Positions 52,515 through 64,000 of a stretch of DNA of 64,000 nucleotides are shown here, piece after piece. The number at the start of each line of letters is the position of its first letter. Position 1 is the first letter of the stretch. The stretch comes from Octopus sinensis (Eukaryota): contig NC_043018.1 in NCBI RefSeq assembly GCF_006345805.1, positions 2,666,001 to 2,730,000 of the forward strand, given 5' to 3'. The position numbers were made by a program, and so were the translations under genes. The notes under the pieces are model-generated. The model did not search any database and was not told the origin of the DNA. It worked only from the letters and a program-made list of their open reading frames with translations.

Positions 52515-53736
52515 ATACATATAAGTCTAAGACATGCATGTAGCATTACAACGGTAAGTAAAAAAACATCGGCGAATTACCTCAGGAACTTTCAAGAAAT
52601 AATTAGCCGTAGTGCAGAATAAGCGAAGTAACGAGAAGATTAATAAATGGCAATATTCAACAATTAACAGAGTTATTCGCAGTAAATATCTTAACGAAAT
52701 TTTCCAACAAGGGAACTACAACACCTACAAAGTAATAGATACGAACCATATTAGCTTTCCTGAAAATTGATGTTGTGGAGTTGTTTAATTCGTTTTAAGT
52801 AGAAAAGTGGATGCTTTAATTAGAAAATATGAGCTGAGATGTTTTTGAACGGCAATCTCTTGTGTAATGTGTTTCTAGCGTGAAATTCGAAAGTGTACCT
52901 GGTGTCGAACGTTCGATAAAAACAGTAATTAACAAAATTTGATGAAACTTTGGCCTCATGCTGGTTGCTGGGATACATTGCAAGGAAAAACTTTTGTGCA
53001 CTTATCAGCATACAGCAAGTGATATATGTAACCTCATCTACTTGTGCATAGAAAATTACATACACCCATCAAACACAAAGTTATGTACAACGCACAATAT
53101 ATACATACATAATATATATATACATATATATATATATATTATATATTATATAGAGGGCATTATTACACATAAATGTCACACGCTAGGAGAGGCTTTCAAA
53201 GTCATTACTACCAAAAATAAACGAATCGTACCGAATGCAGCTCTGGAAGCAAGACATTTAAAAACAGAATTTAGCTCCAGATCACCTGTGATTTCGCAAT
53301 TAACGTATTATCTACGTCTTTTGTTCAACAGTGGAACGAATTCAAAACATATCAAGAATGAACAAAACCAACATACCCGGCAGAACCAAACAGACAACCG
53401 TCGCTTCCATCGTAGCACATAGAAATGTTCATTCATCATATATTTATGTAATTGGCGGGCTTTTTCGAACTGCATTTCGGTAGGGAACGTGTTTCTTCGG
53501 AACAAATTTAACAATTAAGGATAAAATCTTAATAAGAAATCTTAAGAAATTATCAGGTAGTTAGCGTGATAAACCTCATAAGAGAAAAAAATCTGAAGAT
53601 TTTTTCACTTGAAAATATTTATTTATATTATATAGAGGGCATTATTATACATAAATGCCACACGCTAGGATGGACTTTCAAAATCATTACTACCAAAAAT
53701 AAACGAATCGTTTATATATATGGGTGTATATATATA

Positions 53737-53774
<38 letters not shown>

Positions 53775-54234
53775 CTATACTATACATATATATATATATA
53801 TATACTATAGTATATATATATATAATATATAGAATGTGTTGTGTGTGTGTGTTGTGTGTGTGTGTGTACATATATATAACAATGATTCCCAAAAATATGT
53901 CTCCGGATTCAGTCTGAATGTTATTTTTACGAATTAGAATATTTAACTATGAAAATATGTTACAAATACAAAGTATCAGAGATTAGTTACACTAATTAGT
54001 TTTCCTAGCTGTTGACATCTCCAAAAACATTAACCTGAAAATAGCCCTGTTTTGGAAACGGGGAGTGACATGTCTGCTACTTATTGTTGTCGGTGATGCA
54101 TTCTTTAGCTTCATAATGTTTAGTCCCGTGTCAAGTACGGTCGGGTAGAATTACTGGTATAGGAACAACAATCGGGATAACGCTGTTATGTATAGAGTTA
54201 TCGCAATTCGTAGCGTATCTAATAATGTTTTCAC

Positions 54235-54455
54235 AATTTGTCACAAAGTTAGCAATTTCGGGGTAGCAGGTAAATCGATTACTTCGACTGGTCCCTATTT
54301 TTTCGAGCCGGAAAGGATGAAAGACAAAGTCCAACTCGGTGATCTCAGAATGTACAGACGGTCTATACAGAATGTTTAGACGATTTTCCCAACTCACCGC
54401 CCTTTGACGGACGAAATGCCATTAAGCATTTTACCCGGTATATTTAGTATTGTGC
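54235..54455 (-). mobile_element. SINE family B, diverged
   Basis: gcaatttcggggtagcagg...tcgagccggaaaggatgaaagacaaagtccaactcgg...gacgaaatgcc...gccagcacgcc. Confidence 0.7.
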
Positions 54456-54891
54456 CAGCACGCCGCATTTGTTATGTATTAAATATTACAAAAATGTATT
54501 GTGTCCTTACTTTCATTCCCAGCAGGTAGTTGTGATTAGAATTGAACAATATAATCATTTTACGATAGAAAGATTTCCTTTTTCTGATAACTTCCATAGA
54601 GTATGTTTTTAGGTCTAGATCAAATATGTTTTACAAAGCAATGAATAGAAGCATTGGATTTGCAAATAACAATTTCTTTTTCACTAGACATAGGAAATTA
54701 GGACTTCAATATCTATATTTGCAACAGAAAGTAAAGTGGTATTTGACTACCATTTTTCAAACAGGTAAACTGTCATGGAAGTTGCATCATATAGATCGTA
54801 AACAATTTTTCCCAAACAATTTACCTTTGCCTATACACACAAACGGAAACTCACGCATATATGTACCCACAGAGAAGAAAACGATTTACAA

Positions 54892-54949
<58 letters not shown>

Positions 54950-55262
54950 CTGTGTAATAGATACGTCCATATACACACACCCGCCCACATACGCACACAC
55001 ACTAATATATATGTATATGAATGTACATATGTATGTATATATGTATATATGAATACATATATATACATATATATCTGTGTGCGTTCATATGTATATGCAT
55101 ACATATACATACGTATATATGTCAGTATGCATATATATATATATATATAAAATTATGTGTATATATATATATATATTTATGTATATATACATACATATAC
55201 ATACATACATATATATATATTATATAGATACATACATATATATATGTATATAGATATATATA

Positions 55263-55301
<39 letters not shown>

Positions 55302-55305
55302 CATA

Positions 55306-55355
<50 letters not shown>

Positions 55356-55986
55356 ATAGTGTGTGTGTGTGTGTGTGTATATATGCATATGGAATAAATG
55401 TACGTACAGGTAGAGCGCTGCTTTCATTTTTATGATGATTTGCACATTTCATATGAATCAAATCTGTACCAGTTTCCTGATTTATTTCAAATCACTTCGC
55501 CAATAAAATACCTATTGCTTCTATAAACTGATTTATTTCTCTCGCCTTTATGATGTATTCTGTGTTACGCTATATACCATTTAAACGATTCTGAAGCTAT
55601 CTTTGGTCTTCATGGTCGACATTGATGAACTTCCTATCAACAATAACTTTTAGATTATATCAACTTATCAATAATTTATTTTGACACTTCTGGTCGTGAA
55701 TTGAATCTCTCTTTTATTTTATTTACTTATATATTTATTAACTGTTTCATTTTTTGTTTCTCTTTTGGTTCTGGCATTCGCTATTTTCGAAAACTGTGAA
55801 AAATTATGATCGTATTTGATATTTATATGTGTGTTTATTGGTGATTTGTTTTCACTCAAAAAGATGATGGAAAGAGAAAATTGAAATGCATTTAGTTGTT
55901 TCACTCACTGGCTTTTTCGTTCCCTTTCTCCCTCTCCATCTTCTCACTCACTCTCTATTGTACACATATATATCCGCATGTATGTG

Positions 55987-56023
<37 letters not shown>

Positions 56024-56025
56024 TA

Positions 56026-56072
<47 letters not shown>

Positions 56073-56475
56073 AAGTATATGTAGCTATATATATATGTAG
56101 CTATATATATATATATATATTTATAGATGTACGTTCGTATGTATTCATGTATGTAAAAATATAAGTGGGGTTATGTAACTTTGTATATATTCATATAGTG
56201 AAAATATGGCAGCTTCAGTATGAAATTATTACGTTACATCTTAACACGTGTTTCTGTGGCAATTACGTAAAGATACCATAATATTTAGTGATTCCTAACT
56301 CTTCTTATGCGGTGACTTTCCAGCAGCATTGAGTGCGATGAATCGCCGCATACAGCGTCATAAGCCTCTAAGCAGTTGCACAAACATTACATATTTCGGT
56401 AGCATTATACACTTTTATCTCATACTTACACACATTACACACACACACATATTATATATGTATATATTATGTACG

Positions 56476-56521
<46 letters not shown>

Positions 56522-56565
56522 CATATATATATATATGTATGTATGTAGTATGTACGTGTATATAT

Positions 56566-56598
<33 letters not shown>

Positions 56599-57902
56599 CA
56601 TATTATAATATATATATAATATATATATTATATATATATATATAGTATTATATATAGGATATGTATATAGATATGTATGCATGTATTATGTACGTGTATA
56701 TATGTATATATATGAATTTATAAATAAGAATAATATCGATATTTAAATATCGGTATTATCACGTGGCCCGCATGGGAATAAATAAAGCTAGAAATCTACG
56801 ATCTTGAATCATTCAGTAATATCTTTTTGCTAGTCTATTTTGTCCCTCTGTCTTATCTCATGGTGCGATATGAACATTTAAGGTGGTTCTCAGAGACAGT
56901 GATTTGACTGCTATTTCGGCATGGTGGTGTCTCTCAGACACCCTTATTTTTAGTTATGTATATAAATATATATATATATATAAAATGCACCATAGATGCG
57001 TCATTATTCATAGGTACTGCAGCTAGGTGCAATGAAATACAAGTGACAGGAATATGAATATCATATTCATAATCATATAGCGATGCCCGAAGAAATCTTG
57101 ACAATAAAGTCCTATTTACAGAACAACGGGCGGTCCTCTTCTACAGCACAGCACCAAGTCTATCGATTCTCTTTATATTTCTTTCTATCTGGGTGCAATT
57201 ATTGCATAAGTGATTTGGTCAAACGCGGAAAAAAAAATCTGTTGTTCATTCGTCACATTTTTAATAATGATTTTATACGATGTAATAATATAAAACATTA
57301 GTTGATGTTGAATTTTTCAATTTGTTTATCATTTGTTTTTGTTTGGTTTTTCTGTAGAAAATTATGATGGTGTTGAAATATCATAAATATGTCTTGCAAG
57401 AATATATCCTGAAGAAATAATTTTTCAAGAAAAAAATTTCTATACTGTTATGAATGAATGAAATATTTATAGTTTAAAATTGTTTTTTACACTAAAAACA
57501 GCACATGCACACAAGCACACACAGAAAGAAGCAAGCAAATACAATACATACGGATAATACAAAAATATTGATATATTTATAAATTGATAGAAAAATAATA
57601 AAACATCGAAAGTAGAAGAAAAAGATAAAATAAAAGATTGCATTAAAGACAGACGAAAGAAAAACCAAAGCAGAACAGCAACAATAATAGGAAGACTAAA
57701 ATTAACGACAAAAACTAATAGAAATTTCATGTAAAGAATATTTTTCAATGTAATTCAGCGTTTCCTTTCTTCCACTGACTGCGGCCTTTCGATTTCTGTT
57801 CTATTATGATTCTCTTACTTTCGATTACGATATCTTCTCGTCTACTGCTCTCTGTCAGCGTGTATATATACACACATACATATGTATGTAAACGTGTATG
57901 TA

Positions 57903-57939
<37 letters not shown>

Positions 57940-57941
57940 GT

Positions 57942-58006
<65 letters not shown>

Positions 58007-58029
58007 TATATATATATAATATATATATA

Positions 58030-58082
<53 letters not shown>

Positions 58083-58799
58083 GTATATGTACGGCCACAA
58101 ATATATGCTTATACATGCTTACATACACATGTACCTGCATATCTGTATGTTTGTGTGAGTGTGTGCATGCGTGTTTGTGTGTATATAGTTACATACACGC
58201 ACGTGGAACAGAGAGAAATAGAGGGAGAGAGAATGAGAGAGAGGGAGAGAGAGAGAGCGAAAGAGAGAGACTAATGCAGTTCTCGAAAATAACGCTTTGT
58301 TTATGTATATCACTCCATTGTTATCTTTCAAGTTTTGCGCATTTTCTTTCATGATGCTCTGTTTTGTGTCACATATATGTGCAATTACCAACCTGAGCTG
58401 TTATACTTTAGTGCCCTCTGTAATACGACCCTAATCAATACTCTACTCTTAGGGTCTCTTCATCCTTTTCGTTGCAGACTGAATTTGACACAGGTTGTTC
58501 GGTTTAAATCTGACGATTTTTTTTATTCCTTTGCATTGGTGAACAGTCAACAATGGTGGAAAATCTCAAAGATTAATGTTGCAGTTAAGAAAAAGCTTAA
58601 GATGACGTGTTGACTGGAAATCATTTCAACGTTCGAAACGAGTTGTTTGTATTTTAATGTTTCACGTTGCGCATGATAATAACTGCTTCTCAATGCTCTG
58701 TGAGCACAACAACGGCAGTAGATTGTGGCATGAATAGCTACGATTGAGACTACGAAAACAATGCCAGCAGCAAGAGACACATCAGGCGTTCTTATTAGG

Positions 58800-59215
58800 T
58801 CCAGTTTCCTGTGTCCCACACGACATCTTTGAAGAATGCTCTTAGTCTCAACTAAGATGGCTACGTGAAGCCGCGAGACACTGTGGTCAATTTCTGGCTG
58901 GAGATGGCTGCTGCTCGAAGAACATATGTGTGGCAACAGGTTTCGGTTCCTTGCCAAACATCTGGAAGGATTCAGAAGTGTAGTCAGAGAATTTCTTCGA
59001 CTTTACCGACGCGGATTTCTGGCCTCCAAATTTACCAAGTTGCAATCCGATGGGTTGCTAACCTGGGTTACTAACTGTGGGCCACTATTCCTGCATAACC
59101 AAAGTTGAGAGTGTAGCCTAAATCAAGGAGATGATAGATGATCTTTCCAGGGTCACAGCGAGGAACCTATGTACCAGGCTGCTGAATAAACTTGAGATCC
59201 TGGTTGAAGCTTAAA
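58800..59215 (+). mobile_element. Tc1/mariner transposase remnant (catalytic C-terminal half)
   Basis: DGYVKPRDTVVNFWLEMAAARRTYVWQQVSVPCQTSGRIQK / ENFFDFTDADFWPPNLPSCNP / DDLSRVTARNLCTRLLNKLEILVEA. These are degenerate WQQD.AP.H and WPPNSPD.NP motifs. Confidence 0.85.
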
Positions 59216-59264
59216 AAGACTAGTATGAGTTACCTGTTTTCTCACAGTTATAATATAATTGACA

Positions 59265-59648
59265 GTGGAGGCGCAATGGCCCAGTGGTTAGGGCAGCGGA
59301 CTCGCGGTCATAGGATCGCGGTTTCGATTCCCAGACCTGGCGTTGTGAGTGTTTATTGAGCGAAAACACCTAAAGCTCCACGAGGCTCCGGCAGGGGATG
59401 GTGGTGATCCCTGCTGTACTCTTTCACCACAACTTTCTCTCACTCTTACTTCCTGTTTCTGTTGTACCTGTATTTCAAAGGGCCAGCCTTGTCACTCTCT
59501 GTGTCACGCTGAATATCCCCGAAACTACGTTAAGTGTACACGTGTCTGTGGAGTGCTCAGCCACTTACACGTTAATTTCACGAGCAGGCTGTTCCGTTGA
59601 TTCGGATCAACCGGAACCCTCGTCGTCGTAACCGACGGAGTGCTTCCA
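59265..59648 (+). mobile_element. tRNA-derived SINE, family C, full length
   Basis: From gtggaggcgcaatggcccagtggttagggcagcggactcgcggtc to ccgacggagtgcttcca. Matches 26839-27222. Confidence 0.92.
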
Positions 59649-60184
59649 GTCCAATATAATAGACAAGTTTTGGTTCTTTAAAAATCCTTTCATTTTTGTG
59701 TTCCTTTACTTTTATGCAAAACATCAAATTTACACCAAATACTCGGTATATGCTATTTAGTTATTTCTCTACCGTAGTATTTTCTATCTCTTTCAATGCT
59801 GCAATCACAGATAATTCTTTACGCATTAATTACGTTATCACCATGAATTCATAATTACATAACAATTACATAACTTCTACTCATCTTAATGCTTGTCAGT
59901 GTATCTGTCGCCATTCTTTCCTCCCTCCAACAGGATATTTAAACATTTTTTCCCTTCATTTCCGTCACTTTTACAATAAGTAATTTAGCAATCACATTGA
60001 GCTCTTTTTATAACTCTTTCACTTTCTTGCATTAATACCAAAATCGCCATCTTTCCTTTAAACTTTTGAATACTATCACTGAAAGTGGACGATACTTTAA
60101 AAAAATAAGTCTTGTGAGTGTGAAGGGATTTAATGAAAGAAATAAACGAATAAAAACATTGAATACGCGAAAAAAATTAAAATG

Positions 60185-60384
60185 TCACTACTACCACCAC
60201 CAGCGCCATCACCTCCACCATTGCCGCCGCCACCTCCACTACCGCCGCCGCCACCTCCACAATCACCGCCGCTACCACCACCACCGCCGCCGCCGCCGCC
60301 GCCGCTGCCGCCGCTGCCACCTCCACCACTACCGCCACCGCCGTCGTCACCACCACCACCACCACCAAGGCCACCACCACCACC

Positions 60385-60429
<45 letters not shown>

Positions 60430-60445
60430 GCTGCAGCTACAGCAA
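60185..60445. repeat. Compound (CCA/CCG)n-(CTA)n-(CTG)n trinucleotide array
   Basis: Direct reading. Source of the poly-P, poly-G and poly-H ORFs. Confidence 0.93.
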
Positions 60446-60985
60446 CAATAAATTAATAACATTAGTAAAAAAATGGTTGATTAGCAAGTGCCACAGATAT
60501 ATTTAACGCATCCAATACAGTCTCCTTCGTTCATAATCTTGGCATTGAGTTCCTCACGAAATTCAGATTGTTACGCAAGTCCTAAACATTACATTATAAG
60601 CGTTAATTCATGTTTGTCTATAACCACAAAGGAACAGAACGAGATCCGTCTACGTGATGTTCTCCTGTTTTGTTTTTTTCCTCTTTGCAGACAACTGCCG
60701 CTCACAACATCAAGCAAAACATTTCTGTTTTATGCGTTTGTTTCACGGTCGGAGCTGTTTGCAAAAAACCTTTATGTAAACCAACTCACACACGCGCACA
60801 AAAACACTTGCGTTAATACTATAATATACATCTATATACACGTGAATGCGCAAGTTATACCTGTGTATATATATATATATATAATATATATGTGTGTGTG
60901 TATATATGTATACATATATAAGCATATATATACATACATACGTACATACATACATACATACACACGCACACACACACACACACAC

Positions 60986-61028
<43 letters not shown>

Positions 61029-61069
61029 CATGGCTACTGAATAATTGTCACACATTAATTTTACACACG

Positions 61070-61106
<37 letters not shown>

Positions 61107-61699
61107 TATATATATATATATATATTCATACATATACATATATGTATGCATATGTATAAACATTTGTATTTATAGAGGTATGTAATTGAGTCTATGCGTA
61201 TCTACGAACCTGTCTCTATATATGTTGAAAGCAATTTCTCTGTGAGTCTGAGACAAAATGTAAAGAAACCAGGATGCACGTGTTGTGATATTCCTTTACA
61301 GACTGTGTTTTTTTATTATTTCTTGTTTTTGTTTCTAACAGTGAAGCCGTGACAGATTTTAGAGACGACCATCACGCATACATTGTTAAATAGAACGGCC
61401 AGAGGCAGTTTGGGATGGAATGTTCTTTATGAAATTTTAAAACACAGACATAACCAACACAGCGAGTATCTCCAGCATCAATGCCATTTCCGTCAAAAAG
61501 AAGAAAAAAAAAGAAACAAAAAAAATGTTAAAAGCGAAAGTAGAAAATCAAAAATCCATTTGCAAGAAATGGTTTTAATTGATGTTGACGAACTTTGCTG
61601 GTTGTTGTGAGAGACAACAATGGAAACGGTTGGCAACGGCCATATTCTTGCTGTAGTCGTTGTTGTTACTGTTATGTCTGTCGCAGATGCTGTAACTGT

Positions 61700-62215
61700 T
61701 GAAGATGATGATGGTGATGATGATGATGATGACAATGACGAAAACAACAACGAATCGGCTGCGGCTATTGCTGCTGCCGCTGTTGCTAGTGTTGCTGCTG
61801 ATATGACTGTTGCTGTTGCTGTGCTGTTGTTGTTGCTGCTGTTGCTGCTGCTGCTGACACTACGGTTGCTGATGTTGCTGTTGTTGCTGTTACTGCTGGT
61901 GATGCTGCTGCCGCTTTTGCTGCTGTTGCTGCTGTTGTTGCTGTTGCAATTGCTGCTGCTGCTACTATGGTTGCTAATGTTGCTGCTGTTGCTGTTCTTT
62001 TGCTGCTGCTGTTACTGCAGCTGTTACTGTTGCTGTTGTGGCTGCTGTTTTTGTTGCTATCGTTGTTGCTGCTGTTGTTGCTGCTGCTGCTACAACGGTT
62101 GCTGCTGTTGCTGTTGATGCTGTTACTGCTGCTGTTTTTGTTGATGTCGTTGTTGCTGCTGCTGTTGCTGCAGTTATTGATGATGACAGTTAAGCTGAAG
62201 ATAACGATGACGGTG
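61700..62215. repeat. Degenerate (CTG/TTG)n low-complexity tract
   Basis: Direct reading. Source of the poly-L, poly-C and poly-S/N ORFs. Confidence 0.93.
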
Positions 62216-62656
62216 GTGTTCATGATGATAGCAATTGCGACTAGTCTCGATATCTAGACATATGAATGAAAAGACATACATAAAACAAAGCGTACAAATC
62301 TGCACGTATACATATAAACATATATACATACACATGATGATGAAGATGATTATCGGAACAATGATAGAAAACTTGAACGGTCACTAATAAGAGGATCACT
62401 ATCGGAAACACGGAGGACAAACATTTCCTGTGAAAACATTGAATGCGCAAAGCCACGCAGATTTCCGCGATAGGCGTATCCACACAAACTAATGCCTTCC
62501 TTCTCGAATGTTTGGAATTTAGATACAAGATCATATGTACGTCTATAAGTGAATGTTTAACGGAGAATGATGCGACAGCTTCTGATCGCGACAATGTTTT
62601 TTTCATCCAATATGATTAAGCATTTGTGATAAATGCTAATGCATTTGAATATGTAT

Positions 62657-62691
<35 letters not shown>

Positions 62692-62694
62692 TTC

Positions 62695-62898
62695 TTTAGT
62701 ACCCACAAGGGGCTACACACAGAGGGGACAAATAAGGACAGACAAACGGATTACGTCGACCCCAGTGCGTAACTGGTACTTAATTTATCGACCTCGAAAG
62801 GATGAACGGCAAAGTCGACCTCGGCGGAATTTGAACTCAGAACGTAACGGCTACGCATTTCGCCCAGCGTGCTAACGTTTCTTCCAGCTCGCCGCCTT
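62695..62898 (-). mobile_element. SINE family B
   Basis: From tttctttagtacccacaaggggctacacacagagg to gctaacgtttcttccagctcgccgcctt. Confidence 0.92.
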
Positions 62899-62950
62899 AT
62901 GTATATATGTATATATATATATATATATAATATATATATATTATATATAT

Positions 62951-62996
<46 letters not shown>

Positions 62997-63777
62997 TATG
63001 TGTGTGTGTGTGTGTTTGTGTGTGTGTTTGTATATCTTATGCTTTTATCTCTCAATTGTTAAAGTCGCTGGGGTACGGTGATATTGAGGTACGTCTTTAA
63101 AGGGAATAATTGAAAATATCGCACCCTGATCTTATTTTTAAGCTTCTTTCTTAATCTATCCGATCTTCCGCCAAGTCAGTAGCTCACAGGGACGTATATC
63201 GACAAATGCAGGTTTTCAAGCGTCGGACAAATATTAGGAACAGAGATTCTAACAAACACACACTCACCGTACATACATATGTAGGTATGTACATATATGT
63301 ATGCGTATATGCATATATTTATATATTATTTATTTTATTATATGATCGAACACCATGCGTCCTTTTCCAAGTAAGTTTTATCTTAATAATTACGATGCGC
63401 ACTCTTTTCCTATCTCTTCTATCTCTTCTCTGTCTCTCTCTCTCTCTCCCTCTCTTGTTCTTCATCCTTTCTGTTTTTCCCTCCCACCCTTCCCTATTCT
63501 TCTCCTCACTTCTTCATGTGTTTATGTTGATTGTTAAAGAGTTAACTTTTCCTGCAACTTCAGTTGCAGTAAACACAACACTAATAATATACGGAGATCA
63601 TTTGATTTGGTTCCTCTGTGACATTATTGTTTTCAATAAAAATTTCCTGGAAGCGAATGAACATGAACGTGCAGATACTGATATATATATATACTTACAG
63701 AAACACACACACACACACATATACACACAGGCACTTATATATGCATACACACATACATACATGCCTATATATATATA

Positions 63778-63818
<41 letters not shown>

Positions 63819-63821
63819 CAA

Positions 63822-63965
63822 GATGGCAAACTAGTTGCCGCTTAGATCAAAATGCTTAGTGTGTTTCTTCCGGCTTTAGGTTCAAATGCCGTCGCGGTCG
63901 ACTGGAGTTGATGTAATTGATTTAAACTCAACCCTTGCCATGTTGTTCTTGTGCCAAAATTAGAA
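63822..63965 (+). mobile_element. SINE family B, old internally deleted copy
   Basis: agatggcaaactagttg...aaatgcttag...gttcaaatgccgtcgcggtcgactgg...cttgtgccaaaattagaa. Confidence 0.55.
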
Positions 63966-64000
63966 TCCTGTAAATGTGTGTATATGCGTAAGTTGGCAGT

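Noticed and set aside
26839-59648. Oppositely oriented SINE C copies as a dsRNA pair
   Set aside because: They are 32 kb apart and share no evident private features, which is ordinary dispersed-repeat behaviour.
5-63845. Numerous long ORFs made of YI/YV/CV/HT, poly-I/M/D/H/S/L/P/G or LSIY repeats (e.g. 5-508, 4612-5073, 30307-30930, 40033-40773, 57806-58354, 60488-61159, 61620-62117)
   Set aside because: They are direct translations of di-, tri- and tetranucleotide microsatellites, with no coding signal.

Overview
AT-rich, repeat-saturated eukaryotic genomic DNA that looks intergenic or intronic. The microsatellite load and SINE families match what I recall of Octopus genomes; this is an inference, not a database result. 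No host protein-coding gene, rRNA, true tRNA or CRISPR array can be supported, and almost all long ORFs in the track are translations of microsatellites. The window holds about 25 tRNA-derived SINE copies of four families (labelled A-D here) and decayed LINE pieces (CR1-like, R4/Dong-like, two HERO-like). It also holds a Tc1/mariner transposase remnant, Penelope-like (PLE) remnants, several hammerhead-ribozyme (HHR) motifs and a 100-N gap. The most interesting object is a 2,205-bp minus-strand element (7882-10086) inserted into the tRNA-like head of a SINE. It is flanked by a 15-bp target-site duplication and carries only a frameshifted gag/ORF1-like frame with a CCHC zinc knuckle. It has no endonuclease or reverse transcriptase, so it is a candidate ORF1-only (HAL1-like) non-autonomous retrotransposon. 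Irregular microsatellites and homopolymer indels suggest long-read consensus errors, so frameshifts and inverted duplications need read-level checks. Family names are from motif recall, and most repeat boundaries are approximate (tens of bp).
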